From Deltaproteobacteria bacterium (GTDB lineage Bacteria > Myxococcota > Kuafuiibacteriia > Kuafuiibacteriales > Kuafuiibacteriaceae), in NCBI GenBank assembly GCA_020632995.1, contig JACKEN010000003.1:372677-436676 (forward strand): a DNA stretch of 64,000 nucleotides, in the 5' to 3' direction. This document shows, piece by piece, positions 18,497-28,900 of the stretch. A program made the translations under genes and the position numbers. Within the stretch, counting starts at the first letter, position 1; each line of letters begins with the position of its first letter. Below the pieces are notes generated by a model. That model made no database searches. It saw only the letters and a list, made by a program, of their open reading frames with translations, and was not told where the DNA came from.

Positions 18497-18859
18497 CTAC
18501 TGGCGTCCGCCGGTGACCGTGACCTGGGTCGTCTCGCCGGCCACGACGTCGGCGGTGCCCTCGATGAGGTCGAACAGGCCCGTCGGCCCTTCGCCGGCGA
18601 CCTCGTAGAAGTACTTGCCGGGCTCGAGCTCGGTGAAGGAGACCACCCCCGCGCTGTCGGTCCGGTCGGTGTAGTCGTACTCGTTGCGGTCGAAGGTCGC
18701 CTGGTCGGCGGCGACGTACACGTCGTTCCCGGAGCTCGGCTGGCCGCTCTGCAGGTATGTGATGACGAGGTCTCCGGTCTGCCCGCAGGCGCAGAGCACG
18801 CTCGCGATCAAGACCGCGCCGAGGCACGAGAGGGTCGTTTTCAGGGCTCGATGTCTCAT
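18497..18859 (-). CDS. Small lipoprotein, unknown function
   Basis: Signal plus lipobox LSCLGAVLIASVLCACGQ; compact 120 aa beta-rich composition. Confidence 0.55.
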   Translation of the reverse strand: MRHRALKTTLSCLGAVLIASVLCACGQTGDLVITYLQSGQPSSGNDVYVAADQATFDRNEYDYTDRTDSAGVVSFTELEPGKYFYEVAGEGPTGLFDLIEGTADVVAGETTQVTVTGGRQ

Positions 18860-19055
18860 CGTCGGGACCTCCGGTTCGCGTGTAGACAGACCGGGGTGTC
18901 CCGGTAGGGAGAGACCCTAGCAGGACCGCGTGGGGATTGCATGGCCTCGAGTAGCCTCGTTCCGAGGCACGGCGCCGAGGCCCCGTCGCTTTGCCGACGG
19001 TCCCGGACGCAATGCGTTGATCGCGCGCCCGCGGCTGTCGATTGCTCTGCGCGTC

Positions 19056-20309
19056 ATGGCATGTCTTCGGAGCCCGACCCTCTGGGTGCTGGCCGTCTCC
19101 ACCTGCCTGACGACCTCCGCCCGGGAGGCCGCCGCGGGTGAGTCCAGCCCCACCTTCAAGATAGCGCTCAGCGGCCGGCTGCTGGACAGCCTCTCCACCG
19201 ACGCTGCGACCCTCGAGGAGCTGTCGCCCGGGGCCGCGGTGCGGGCCCTGGAGAGCGACGGTGAGCGCCTCCGGGTGGTCACCCCCAGCGGGGCGGTGGG
19301 TTGGATCTCCACCTTCATCCTCGCCGACAGCGCCCAACTCCGGGTGCGCAAGGCCGCGCAGCTCCACCGGAGCATCAGCAAGGATGAGTACCGCGCGCCC
19401 CGCGACCCCATGGGCCCCCTCGCCGTGGGTACCCCGCTGACCCGCCTCGGGGTGGACCGTCGCGCGGCGGCGGTGAAGGTGCGGACCGCGGAGGGCAAGA
19501 CCGGCTACGTGCACCCGTGGGCGGTGGAGCCCGCGGCCCCTCTGGCCCTGCCTGAGTACGCCGCGCCGGTCCCTGAGTACCTCGACCGTGCGCAGCTCGA
19601 CGCCCTGGTCCGTGAGGCCGAGCGCATCGCCCTGGAGGCTCGCTTCGGCGCGCCGGCGGTGGCCAGCCCCAAGAGCGCCGCTCGACCTTGGGCCCGCTGG
19701 ACCCACGTGGTCACGGTGGACGAGGGCCGGCGCTACTCAGGCTTCGAAGTTGAGTTCGCGAGCGGTGAGGCCAGGGCCAAGGCGGCGAAGCTCCTCGGCG
19801 AGGGCGACTGGAGCCTGGTGGACCGCCTGCCCCTGGCCGCCCAGGTGCGCGCGTTGGAGCTGGCGCCCCTGGAGTGGCTCGACGCGCAGCTCCGCCGCGC
19901 GATCTCGCCCAATGGCGGCAGCGAGTGGTTCCGCGGCGGCGTGCTCCTCGCCTTCTTCGTGGGGCTCACGGTGCTCACCTTCTTCGTCCTGACCCTGCCG
20001 AGCATGGCGCTCCTGAAGGTCCGCCCCCTCTCCAACGGCGTGGTGATTCTCGCCTCGGTGCTGCTGATCGGCGCCCTGGCCTACGGCTGGTACCTGCTCG
20101 TGGTGCTCCAGCTCCTGCAAGACACCCAGTGGCTCTCCATGGTGGTGATGGCCACGCTGGGCGTCGCCGCCCTCAAGCTCATCGAGGATCAGGTCAGCGA
20201 GAACCGGTGCCCCTATTGCCACGTCATGGACCAGGTCGAGACCGTCGAGCACGAGCACGGCCCAAGCCAGCATCGAACCGAGCAGCGTGACCGATCAGCG
20301 AAGCCCTGA
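19056..20309 (+). CDS. Membrane protein with two bacterial SH3-like domains, C-terminal TM helices and CxxC; C-terminus replaced by IS66 insertion
   Basis: Signal peptide; two SH3b-like segments (GAVGWISTFIL, KTGYVHPWAV); two TM helices; CPYCH; the reading frame continues into the IS66 left end and terminates there. Confidence 0.65.
   Translation: MACLRSPTLWVLAVSTCLTTSAREAAAGESSPTFKIALSGRLLDSLSTDAATLEELSPGAAVRALESDGERLRVVTPSGAVGWISTFILADSAQLRVRKAAQLHRSISKDEYRAPRDPMGPLAVGTPLTRLGVDRRAAAVKVRTAEGKTGYVHPWAVEPAAPLALPEYAAPVPEYLDRAQLDALVREAERIALEARFGAPAVASPKSAARPWARWTHVVTVDEGRRYSGFEVEFASGEARAKAAKLLGEGDWSLVDRLPLAAQVRALELAPLEWLDAQLRRAISPNGGSEWFRGGVLLAFFVGLTVLTFFVLTLPSMALLKVRPLSNGVVILASVLLIGALAYGWYLLVVLQLLQDTQWLSMVVMATLGVAALKLIEDQVSENRCPYCHVMDQVETVEHEHGPSQHRTEQRDRSAKP
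20276..20286. repeat. Target-site duplication (left copy) ACCGAGCAGCG of the IS66 insertion
   Basis: Identical 11-mer found at 22742-22752 immediately outside the right inverted repeat. Confidence 0.7.
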
Positions 20310-20369
20310 GGACAGCCTGGATCTGACGTGCGACAATAGGGTGGCACCCGCCCCATCGCGTAGTTTCGG

Positions 20370-21947
20370 CTACTTGGAAGCGGCCAGGGCGGCCTTGTAG
20401 GCCGCCGGCGTGACGTCAGCCGCGGTCAGCCCGTAGACATCGCGGTGGGTGCCGAGGCGCGTGAAGGCCCAGGCGAGGTAGGCGTTCGCATCAATCCCGA
20501 GGGCGCGGCAGGTGGCGACGATGCCGAGGAGCGTCGCCATTCGATGAGCCCCTTCGGTGCTGCCCGCGAAGAGGCGGTTGTAGCGGAACTTGGCGACGTT
20601 CTGGAACTCTCGCTCGGTGGCGGAGTTGTCGATGGGGATCTGTGGGTGGTCGACGAACCGAAAGAGGGCCTGCCAATGGGCGCGGTAGTAGCGGATGACC
20701 TTGGCCAGTTCGTCGTTGGGAGTGAGCCCCGGCTCGACGGCGTCCATCCACGCTCGGAGTTTCTCTTTGATCGGGGGGATCTTCTCCTGTCGCCACTTCC
20801 GGAGCGCATCATCCGTGAGGCCGTTCCGGCGCGCCTCTTCCTCAGCCACGTACATGGCCGAGATGAAACCTCCCGCCTCCTTGGCGAGGACGGGCTGCGA
20901 CGTCTCGGCGGCTTGTAGCTTCCGGCGGCCATGCGCGTTGCATCCCGCCTCGATGATGTCACCGTTCTCGAAGAGCGCGTTGTGCCGGTGCTCCGCGTCC
21001 GCGACGAGGATGCCCTTGAAGCCGGAGAGCTTGCTCACGAGGGCGTCGCTGCCCTTGTGTGGCTCGTACTGAAGGACAACCTGCCGTCCGTTCTGATAGG
21101 CCTCCAGGTAGCCGTTGTGGCTGCCTGGCAGCTTCGGGACGAGGACCTTGAGCCCGGTCGCGTCGGTGGCCATCCACTCGCCCGCGAGCAACTGCTTCCA
21201 ATGTTCTCCGTCCACCGGACCGAGGATGTCGGCGGCACGCTCGAGCTGCGTGACAAGGTAGCTCATAGCGACCTTGATTCCACGGCTCACGAGGTCCCGG
21301 CGGATCCGGTCCAGGGGAACGAGGAGGACAAAGTGCTGGTGGAGAAGCCAAGCGAGCCACTCGCAGGTGGCCTTGCTTCGCGAAAAGGGGGCGGGCAGAG
21401 ACCTCGCGGTCGTGCGCTCACCGCAAGCTCGACAGCAGACGGTCTTGCGGTGGACGACGCGGCGGCGCTGGTGCTCCTGGACGACATGGAGCTTGGTCTC
21501 CACGACCTCGTCGACAGGGTCGAGCGCGTCGCTGCCGCAGCGTCCGCAGGCATCCGGCGTGCGACGGTGAACGTCGGGCTCGAGATGTTCAGGGACCGGC
21601 TTTCGCCCCGTGGGGCGGGGCGGCTTGTGCGGCTTGGGCGCCTTCTCAGGAGGCGTCGGTGGCATCGGCCGGTCGTCGAAGCGCGCCTTCGCGTCGCCAC
21701 CGAGCTCAACGGGTGGCGGCGGGGCGGGCGAGTCCTCAGATGGGCCCCGCGAGGTCCTTGCGCGCTGCTTCCGCTGAGCGACCGCGAGCAGCTCCACCAG
21801 GCGGTCGTTCCCTTGCGCCACCAAGTCCGCGAGACGCCCCACCTCGCGGGTCAACGTCTCTATTCGGGCGTTGGCTTCGTCCAGCTGGCGTTGAGTGCGG
21901 CCAAGGTGCGTACGCAGCTCAGCGTTCTCCTGGCGGAGCGCCTGCAT
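20370..21947 (-). CDS. tnpC: IS66 transposase TnpC
   Basis: N-terminal leucine zipper, zinc finger CGRCGS...CCRACG, DDE core with conserved IS66 blocks (GILVADAEHRHNALF, HPQIPIDNSATEREFQNVAKFRYN); start trimmed to internal ATG MQALRQENAEL. Confidence 0.85.
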   Translation of the reverse strand: MQALRQENAELRTHLGRTQRQLDEANARIETLTREVGRLADLVAQGNDRLVELLAVAQRKQRARTSRGPSEDSPAPPPPVELGGDAKARFDDRPMPPTPPEKAPKPHKPPRPTGRKPVPEHLEPDVHRRTPDACGRCGSDALDPVDEVVETKLHVVQEHQRRRVVHRKTVCCRACGERTTARSLPAPFSRSKATCEWLAWLLHQHFVLLVPLDRIRRDLVSRGIKVAMSYLVTQLERAADILGPVDGEHWKQLLAGEWMATDATGLKVLVPKLPGSHNGYLEAYQNGRQVVLQYEPHKGSDALVSKLSGFKGILVADAEHRHNALFENGDIIEAGCNAHGRRKLQAAETSQPVLAKEAGGFISAMYVAEEEARRNGLTDDALRKWRQEKIPPIKEKLRAWMDAVEPGLTPNDELAKVIRYYRAHWQALFRFVDHPQIPIDNSATEREFQNVAKFRYNRLFAGSTEGAHRMATLLGIVATCRALGIDANAYLAWAFTRLGTHRDVYGLTAADVTPAAYKAALAASK

Positions 21948-22021
21948 GCTGCCCTGCGGCCCGTGCGCCACGGCGCCAAGCAGATCACGGTAGATCTTCG
22001 ATGTCGATCCCCCGGAGCGTG

Positions 22022-22372
22022 TCAGGTCGACTTGCGGCGGTACCACCGCCGGCGCTCGGCGGCGAGGTCGATACCCGCCAGCAGTGCCGCCAGAGTGGCT
22101 GGGTCCACCGCGACCTGCCGCGCACCCTCGGGCGCGGTCGGCAGCTCGAAGGTTCCTCGTTCCAGTCGCTTGCTGAACAGGCACCAGCCCGAGCCGTCGA
22201 ACCAGACCATCTTGCAGAGCCTCCGACGCCGGTTGAAGAACAGGTAGAGGTGGCCGCTGAGGGGCTCGAGACCGAGCCGTCGCGCCGCGCCCGCCAACGA
22301 GTTGAAGGAGCCACGCATGTCGACGGGTTCCATACCGACGAAGATGCGGACTCCCGGTCCGAGACTCAGCAT
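22022..22372 (-). CDS. tnpB: IS66 Orf2 (TnpB)
   Basis: Typical IS66 TnpB sequence IFVGMEPVDMRGSFNSLAGAARRLGLEPLSGHLYLFFNRRRRLCKMVWFDGSGWCLFSKRLERGTF. Confidence 0.85.
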   Translation of the reverse strand: MLSLGPGVRIFVGMEPVDMRGSFNSLAGAARRLGLEPLSGHLYLFFNRRRRLCKMVWFDGSGWCLFSKRLERGTFELPTAPEGARQVAVDPATLAALLAGIDLAAERRRWYRRKST

Positions 22373-22680
22373 TCGACGGCAACCCGCAGGAGCCGGAGGA
22401 GCGCGGCCTCATCGAAGTCCGCGCCCACCTCGACCTCGACGCGCCCCGCCCGGACGACGAACGTGGCCCCGCGCTTCGGCGCCCCCGGGGCAACCAGTTC
22501 GAGGAGCCGGATCGGCGACCGTACTGGCGCTCGGTCCCGAAGGGCCAGCCACCAGCAGTGGAGCGAGCGGCCGTCGACTCCGTTCGACCGCGCCCAGTCG
22601 CGCCGGCTCATGCCGCTGGCCTCGGCCGCCGCCAGGCAGGTGAGCGCGTCCGTCTCGTCCAGGATCTTCCGTCGTGCCAT
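22366..22680 (-). CDS. tnpA: IS66 Orf1 (TnpA)
   Basis: About 104 aa HTH-containing protein in the position and size of IS66 TnpA; overlaps tnpB. Confidence 0.75.
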   Translation of the reverse strand: MARRKILDETDALTCLAAAEASGMSRRDWARSNGVDGRSLHCWWLALRDRAPVRSPIRLLELVAPGAPKRGATFVVRAGRVEVEVGADFDEAALLRLLRVAVEC

Positions 22681-22738
22681 TGGGGGCGAGCAGCATGGGC
22701 GAGGGCCGCGGGGCTACGCCACCGGGCTTCGCTGATGG

Positions 22739-22968
22739 GTCACCGAGCAGCGCACCCGCGACGTCCACGTCGGCCGCGATGTCAAAGAGTACGAGCGCAC
22801 CCGCCTCGACGGGGAGCGGGTCAAGGTCCGCGAGACCACCGACCACTACGAGCGCCGCGCCTACGATCAGAAGGTCACCGACCGCAGCTTCACCATCCAC
22901 CGCGCCTGCCGCGCGTGTCAGCGGGGCTGGGCGATCCACGGCAAGACCACCGTGCTCGGGCACGTCTG
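22739..22968 (+). pseudogene. Orphaned 3' fragment of the SH3b/zinc-ribbon membrane protein gene split by the IS66 insertion
   Basis: No start codon; frame opens at the duplicated target site; encodes VTEQRTRDVHVGRDVKEY...HRACRACQRGWAIHGKTTVLGHV*. TEQR repeats the last residues before the IS in the upstream gene, and the second CxxC would complete a CPYC...CRAC zinc ribbon. Confidence 0.55.
22742..22752. repeat. Target-site duplication (right copy) ACCGAGCAGCG
   Basis: Matches 20276-20286. Confidence 0.7.
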
Positions 22969-23121
22969 AGCTCGGGTTGGACGCGCCTGTGTGCCGCCAC
23001 GGCCACCGCATCGACATCCGCAACATCAAGCGCCCCATCGTGGCGCTCACCTCCCACGGCGACAACATCACCCCGACCGCGCAGGCCCTGAACTGGATCC
23101 TCGAGCTCTAAGTTGGCTCCA

Positions 23122-23634
23122 TCACCGGAGAAGGAGCTCGGCGCTTCCGTGCCCGCGGGTAGACACGCTCTGCATCTGGTGCACGAGCACGTCGAACATC
23201 GTATCGGCGCCCTCAGCCCACGACGCCGCGATCTCCGGAAAGGGATCTTCGCCTTCCCGCTCCTCCTCGAGCCATGAATGGAGGATCTCGGAGCCGAGGT
23301 ATGGCCGTGACTCGGCCGAACCTTCCCAAATGATCGTGTATGGGTAGTCGAGACCAAACCCGCCAAAGAGGCAGTCGTCGAAGCTGTGAAAGGACGAACC
23401 GAAATAGCCACCCGGACCGTTCACGGCCTCGCCCATGGCACAAAAGAAACCGAGCAATCCATCTACGAGGCTACCCTCGAGCACGATTGTCCGGTCTGGC
23501 CGCGGAGCGACCCGGCCGCGAGCCGCATTCTCGAAGTGATGAGTGCAGGCGGCTCTCAGCCACACTTTTCGATCACCGGCATCCTGGTCGCGCCACAGCC
23601 CCGTCACCGGTGGAGGGAAGACGAAGCGTTTCAT
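23122..23634 (-). CDS. Hypothetical cytoplasmic acidic protein in lower-GC islet
   Basis: Coding-like ORF (alternative start 23691); about 58-60 % GC versus about 70 % in flanks; no recognisable motif. Confidence 0.45.
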   Translation of the reverse strand: MKRFVFPPPVTGLWRDQDAGDRKVWLRAACTHHFENAARGRVAPRPDRTIVLEGSLVDGLLGFFCAMGEAVNGPGGYFGSSFHSFDDCLFGGFGLDYPYTIIWEGSAESRPYLGSEILHSWLEEEREGEDPFPEIAASWAEGADTMFDVLVHQMQSVSTRGHGSAELLLR

Positions 23635-23797
23635 AGCCGCGAGGCTAGCTGCGGCGGCGTAGGAAGCACAAGATCTTATGACTTTCCTCACGCCCAGCCC
23701 AAGTACGAAGTCGAATTTCCCACGCTGCGAGACACACTCGCGTTGCCCCAGCCCCAGCTCCAGCTCGGTGGCCAGGACGACCCGCCGGAGAACTAAG

Positions 23798-24469
23798 TTA
23801 GAGCCAGCCGAGGACGGACCAGTTGAGGAAGTGAGCGACCGATGAGGGGACGGTGGAGCCGCTGCGCTCGCGGGCCAGCCCCCAGATCACGCCCCAGAGC
23901 ACGTTCCCAAGGAAGCCCATGGGCGAGAAGTTGACGTGGTAGGCGGCAAAGATCAGCGAGGTGATGCCGATTGCGAGGGCGGGGCCAAAGCGAGCGCGGA
24001 GCCCGGGCTGGAGGTAGCCCCGGAACAACACCTCCTCACCGAATACGACGTGGATGCCGACCAGGACGATCACGAGGCGCTGGCGGGTGCTGTAGCCGAT
24101 GGCGGCCTGCCAGATATCCGAGACCGGGTCTCCGTCGATCGCGAAGCGGACTGCGATCACCACGAGGCCTGCGGCGAAGACAGCGACGCCGGTCAGGAGG
24201 TTTCGCCTGAGCCCCTCGCGTGAGAAGCCGAGGTCCTTCCAGGTCACCTTGGCGATCTTGACAAGGAACAGGAGCACGAATCCCACGGCCATCAACGCGA
24301 GGATCGCTTGCTCCAGCAACTCCGGATTGCTGCCTGTCTTGCGGGGGAGGTCCGCGGTGAGCAGGGGCCGGAGCACTCCGAGGAGCACGGCTCCGAAGAT
24401 CAGCATACGCAAGATCACGAGTCCGTGCGCCCAAGCCAGCTGCTTGGTGCTCCCATAGTCCCATCGCAT
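23798..24469 (-). CDS. CPBP-family (CAAX-protease-like) intramembrane metalloprotease
   Basis: Multi-TM; conserved CPBP motifs EEVLFRGYL, FAAYH, HFLNW; start trimmed to MRWDYGSTKQ. Confidence 0.75.
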   Translation of the reverse strand: MRWDYGSTKQLAWAHGLVILRMLIFGAVLLGVLRPLLTADLPRKTGSNPELLEQAILALMAVGFVLLFLVKIAKVTWKDLGFSREGLRRNLLTGVAVFAAGLVVIAVRFAIDGDPVSDIWQAAIGYSTRQRLVIVLVGIHVVFGEEVLFRGYLQPGLRARFGPALAIGITSLIFAAYHVNFSPMGFLGNVLWGVIWGLARERSGSTVPSSVAHFLNWSVLGWL

Positions 24470-24756
24470 GTCGCGTCCGACAACTTGCGTTGCGGCGAGG
24501 TTCCCTGCCACCTGCCGCTCTCTGCGATGATGCGTCGGAGCCCAGCGCGTGGACCGCACGATGTGCGAGGAGCCTGCGGCGCGGTCCCGTGCGAGGGGTG
24601 CGACGCGGGCCGTTCTCGCCATGATGAGGCGCGTGGGCGATCCCTGATGTAGACCAGGGCCCGCGCCCCCGGGCCCGGCTGCGGACTCGAGTCCGCGCGG
24701 CAGGGGCGGTACGTCTGGCGGTCGGTCCTGGCCCCGAACTTGCTCGACTCAGCGCG

Positions 24757-25893
24757 GTGCGGATCCCGATCCTGCTCTCACTCACGGTGCTCATTGGCTG
24801 CGGCGGTGTGACCTCCGACCCGCTTGGGCTCGATGCCGGGGGCGACGCGGGCGCGCTGGCCGATGCGTCGCCATTCGACGCCGCGTCGCTGGACGCGGGC
24901 TCCACCCTGGACCTGAAGCCGTTGCCGCGCGGGGTGTTCGAGTCGACCGTCGGCCTGCGCACGCCGAGCTCCGACGTGGTTGGGGATCGCAGCCCGGACC
25001 CGCTCACCGGGGTGATGCTGAAGGTGCCGTGGGATCTGTGTGAGCAGGACTGCTTGCTCGACACCATCGAGGGCCAGCTCGACGCGGCCCACGCCCGCGG
25101 CCTCCAAGCCTCACTGATCGTGCTCGACGCGTTCAACGCGCCCGCGCGCGTCCTCGAGCGGTGTGCGCGCTTCGAGTACTCGTTCCGCGGTGAGCCGAAG
25201 CAGATGTGCCTGCCCTGGGACGAGGTCTACCTCGAGGAGAAGGCCAGCTTGCTCTCTGCGCTGGGCGCGCGCTTCGACGACCACCCGGCGCTCGCCTACG
25301 TTTACTTCACCGGGGCGTGCGCCACCAACGGAGCGGAGGGGCACTGCCGGGTCGACGAGGCGGGTTACACCGCCGCGGGCTACACCGAGGCGCGCCTCGT
25401 GGAGGCCTACCTGCGGATCATGCGCGCGCAGCGGGCGGCGTTCCCACGAACCCCGATCGCCTTCGAGGTGCACGCGATCTTCGGCCGCGCCGAGCCGTGG
25501 GCTTCATTGTGGGACGAAGTGAAGGCCAGCGGTCGGGTCGGGGTCGCCGCGTGGTGGTGCGCCGAGCGGCTGTCGCTGTCCGGCGACGAGATCACCCCGG
25601 TCTGGGGCCTCGTACAGGAGGCGGCCACGTCCGCCTTCAGCGTGTGTCAGACGGTGGGGAGCTTCTCGAGCCAGCCCTACCGCTTCTCGGACCCCGCCCA
25701 GGGCTTCGACTACGGGACCGAGACGGACTGGGACGCGGCGGATGTGAACCAGGCCTTCGAGCAGACCATGGACTGGGCTCAGGGGCGGGCCAGCCACGGC
25801 GGTCAGGGCCCGATCGTGCCGTTCTCGGTGCTCGAGCCCTGGAGCCAGGATGTCGTCAACCCGGCCTTCGTCGACCGGCTTCGCACCTGGTGA
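24757..25893 (+). CDS. Lipoprotein, unknown function (secreted, Cys-containing)
   Basis: Signal plus lipobox LLSLTVLIGCGG; coding-like composition; no confident domain assignment. Confidence 0.55.
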   Translation: MRIPILLSLTVLIGCGGVTSDPLGLDAGGDAGALADASPFDAASLDAGSTLDLKPLPRGVFESTVGLRTPSSDVVGDRSPDPLTGVMLKVPWDLCEQDCLLDTIEGQLDAAHARGLQASLIVLDAFNAPARVLERCARFEYSFRGEPKQMCLPWDEVYLEEKASLLSALGARFDDHPALAYVYFTGACATNGAEGHCRVDEAGYTAAGYTEARLVEAYLRIMRAQRAAFPRTPIAFEVHAIFGRAEPWASLWDEVKASGRVGVAAWWCAERLSLSGDEITPVWGLVQEAATSAFSVCQTVGSFSSQPYRFSDPAQGFDYGTETDWDAADVNQAFEQTMDWAQGRASHGGQGPIVPFSVLEPWSQDVVNPAFVDRLRTW

Positions 25894-25947
25894 GTCACTC
25901 GCGGGAAGGTGTGCCGAGCAGGCCAGGCTCGAGGATGGCGCGGGCAG

Positions 25948-28900
25948 CTACTCGGTGACCTCGAAGCGCACGCCGGGCGCCTCGGCCCGGATGTCCGGCT
26001 GGTAGTAGACGTACATCTCGGACGCCGGGGCCTCCACGCTCGCGCTGAGCCCGGGGACCAGCCCGAAGGACAGATCCCGCGGCTGCCCCGCGGTGAGGCC
26101 CATCAGGTAGAAGGTCACGTACTCGGCGTCCACCTCATAGCGGGCGGCCCGGCCGTCGGCGACGATCGCGTCGAGGTCGGCGGTCCGCGGCGAGAAGCCG
26201 GGGGCCCGGCCCACCCGCACCATCACCTGATCCCGCACCCCCTGCCCGGTGAAGGTGGCCTGCACATGGGCGGTCACCGGCGCGCCCACCGCAATCTGGG
26301 TTGCGTCGTAGGAGACGCCCAGCGCCAGCTCGGGGCTGGTCTGCGGGGCGGCGGGGGGCAGGTAGGCCTCGCGCGTCAGCTTGTAGGTCACCTCGCCGGT
26401 GCCCTGCATGCTGAGGGCGATGGTGTTGGCGCCGGGCTGCACGTAGTCGGTGATGTCGAAGCTGCGGAACAGGTCGCCGTTGGCCGGGGTCACCGAGATC
26501 GGCTCGAGGGCCAGGCCGTTGACGGTGATGGTGAAGGTGCCGTTCGCGTCGGAGCCCTGGGGCGAGGCCGCGGCGAGCAGGGCCCGGAGCGCGTTCATGG
26601 TGGCCTGGGTGTTGTACCAGCTGCCCACCGCGTCCTTGTTGCTCACCAGGTAGCGCATCGCGCCGGCCGCGTCGTCGGGGAACGCGCGGGCCTGGAAGAG
26701 ACCGTAGGCCACGAGGCCGGTGGTCTCGATCGCCGCGACGTCGCCCGCCGCGCCGGTCCACGAGGGCGCCTCGGTGGGCCACAGCACCTTGCCCTCGCCC
26801 GCGTCGGTCTTCAGGCCGTCGAGCCGGGACAGGAGGGTGGAGGTGGCGGCGGCGCTGGGCGCGACCTTGGCGAGCGCGTTCATGGAGAGCGCGTTGGCGT
26901 ACAGGTCGGCGCCGTCCGGCAGGTTGGCCTGCAACCAGGTGCCGCCGCGGGTGACCGCCTCGGGGGCCCAGCCGGTGTGGGCCAGGGCCCAGGTGATGAA
27001 CGCGGTGGTCCGGATGTCGCTCGTGCCGAGCACCTCGTTGCCGGCGTGGAGCGCGTCGCCCGAAGCGAAGTGCCCGTCGCCCTGCTGCTGGGCGATGAGC
27101 CACTGCAGGGTGCGGTCACGCACGTCGGTGTCGATCTCGATGAGCGACTCGAGGTCCTTCAGGTGCCACAGCATGATGGCGGACAGGATCCGGTTGCCGG
27201 GATCCGCGTCGCCCCACCAGTTGAAGCCGCCGGTCGGGCTCTCGAAGGTGAGCAGGCGCTGGTAGCCGCGCTGGACGAGGGGGAGGACCTCCTCGCGCAG
27301 CTCCTCCGTCATCTGGCCGGTGGTGACCATGTACTCGGCCACCAGGGTGTTGGGCCACGCGCTCGAGGTGGTCTGCTCGAAGCAGCCGTTCGGCTCCTGG
27401 AGCATGCCCTCGAGGCCCTGGACCGCCTCGGCCGCGAAGCCGGGGGTGAGGCTCACCGAGACGAAGGTGCCGCCCTCGAGGGCATCCACCGGGACCTCGA
27501 TGGTCTGGATGACGTCGCCGCCCAGCTTGTCGGAGACGCTCTCGAGGTCGAGGGTGCCGTTCGGCACCACCGCCACCGTGCGCACCAGGGCGTCTGCAAT
27601 GCTCCCTGCGTTCCCCTGGAGGGTGAGGGACTGGTCGCCCGCCGCGTCCACTCGGATGCGGAAGCGGGCGGCGCGGACCTCGCTCGGCTCGAGGTGCACG
27701 GTCTGCTCGGCCGTGCCCAGCACCGTCATCCACGACGCGGGGGTGACCGCCACCCGGACGTCCTGCGCGGTGTCGAGGTAGTTGTAGACCACCGCCGGGA
27801 CCTCGATCTCGTCCCCCACCGTGAGGCGGGTGGGGAGGGTCACGTCGACGAAGAAGTCCTGGAAGGTCTTCACCCCGAGGCGCGCCGAGCCCAGCCGGCC
27901 GTCCTGGGTGTGGGCGTCGGCCGAGAGGCGCCAGGTGGTGATCGAGTCGGCGAGGGGGAAGCGCACCGAGGCGGTGCCGCTGCCGTCGGTGACCAGCCAC
28001 GGGTTGGCGAAGACGGTCTCACGGAAGTCCGATCGCACCTTCGCCGCGCCGCCGGAGGCGTTGCTGTCGTCCGTGGTGGGGTCGAGCGGGGCCTGGCCGC
28101 CCGCCTCGGGTGCGGGCGGGCCCGCGCCGTTGGCGAGGTCGACGCCGTCGCGCTCACCCCAGAGCAGCCACTGGTACCAGCGCTCGAGGGTCACGTCGTC
28201 CGCGGTGCCGGGGCGCTCGTCGGGGCCGCTGGAGGTCACCTTCACGAAGTACTGGTCCCTGTCGTTCTCGACCTGGTAGCGGTGGCCGAAGGGGTCCACC
28301 AGCCGCAGGAGAGCTTGCTCGATTCGGCTCGGGAGCTCGTTCTGCTCCGGGTTCGTGTTCAGCACCGCGAGGAGCGCGGTGTCGACGTCGGCCACCACCG
28401 CCTTCTCGACCAGCGCGGCCACCCGCGGGCGCTCGGAGACCACCGAGTTGTAGTCCACGCCGGTCGCGGCGGGGGCGCCGCTGGCCGCGAAGAGCAGGGC
28501 GGCGAGGGCGTCGGCGTCGGCGCCGGGGGCCTGGGCCAGCAGGTCCTTGGGGCCCTGGCCGAGCGCGCTGGTGGCGGCGGGGAGGACCCGCGGATCCAGG
28601 CTGAAGAAGGTCCTGAGGTCATCACCCGGCTCGCCGCCGAGCGCGAAGACCGCCTCGTCCACCGCGGTGAGGCCCACCGCGGCCACCTTGGGCTGACCCT
28701 GGGGATCGAGCGCGCGGATCGTCACCACCGCCTCCTCGCCCGGGCCGTAGGTGTCGGCGGAGGCCGTCAGCTCGACCTGCAGGCGGTCATCCGCCTGGGC
28801 GTAGAGGCGCCGCTGGCCGCTGAGCACCTCGCCCGCCGTGGCCATCGCGAAGGCGTCGATGAGCAGGCCACCCTGCATGTTCGTGCCGAGGGTGAAGCGC

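Larger units (their letters stand above)
20287..22741 (-). mobile_element. IS66-family insertion sequence (tnpA-tnpB-tnpC)
   Basis: Terminal inverted repeats TGACCGATCAGCGAAGCCC (left) and GGGCTTCGCTGATGGGTCA (right; 1 mismatch); flanking direct repeat; three canonical IS66 ORFs. Confidence 0.85.

Noticed and set aside
18438-19706. 422-aa minus ORF
   Set aside because: Antisense to the SH3b protein gene and overlapping the small lipoprotein gene out of frame. Arg/Gly-rich with no motifs.
20931-22735. Plus-strand ORFs 20931-22247 and 21659-22735
   Set aside because: Antisense to IS66 tnpC/tnpB/tnpA, whose translations match conserved IS66 proteins.
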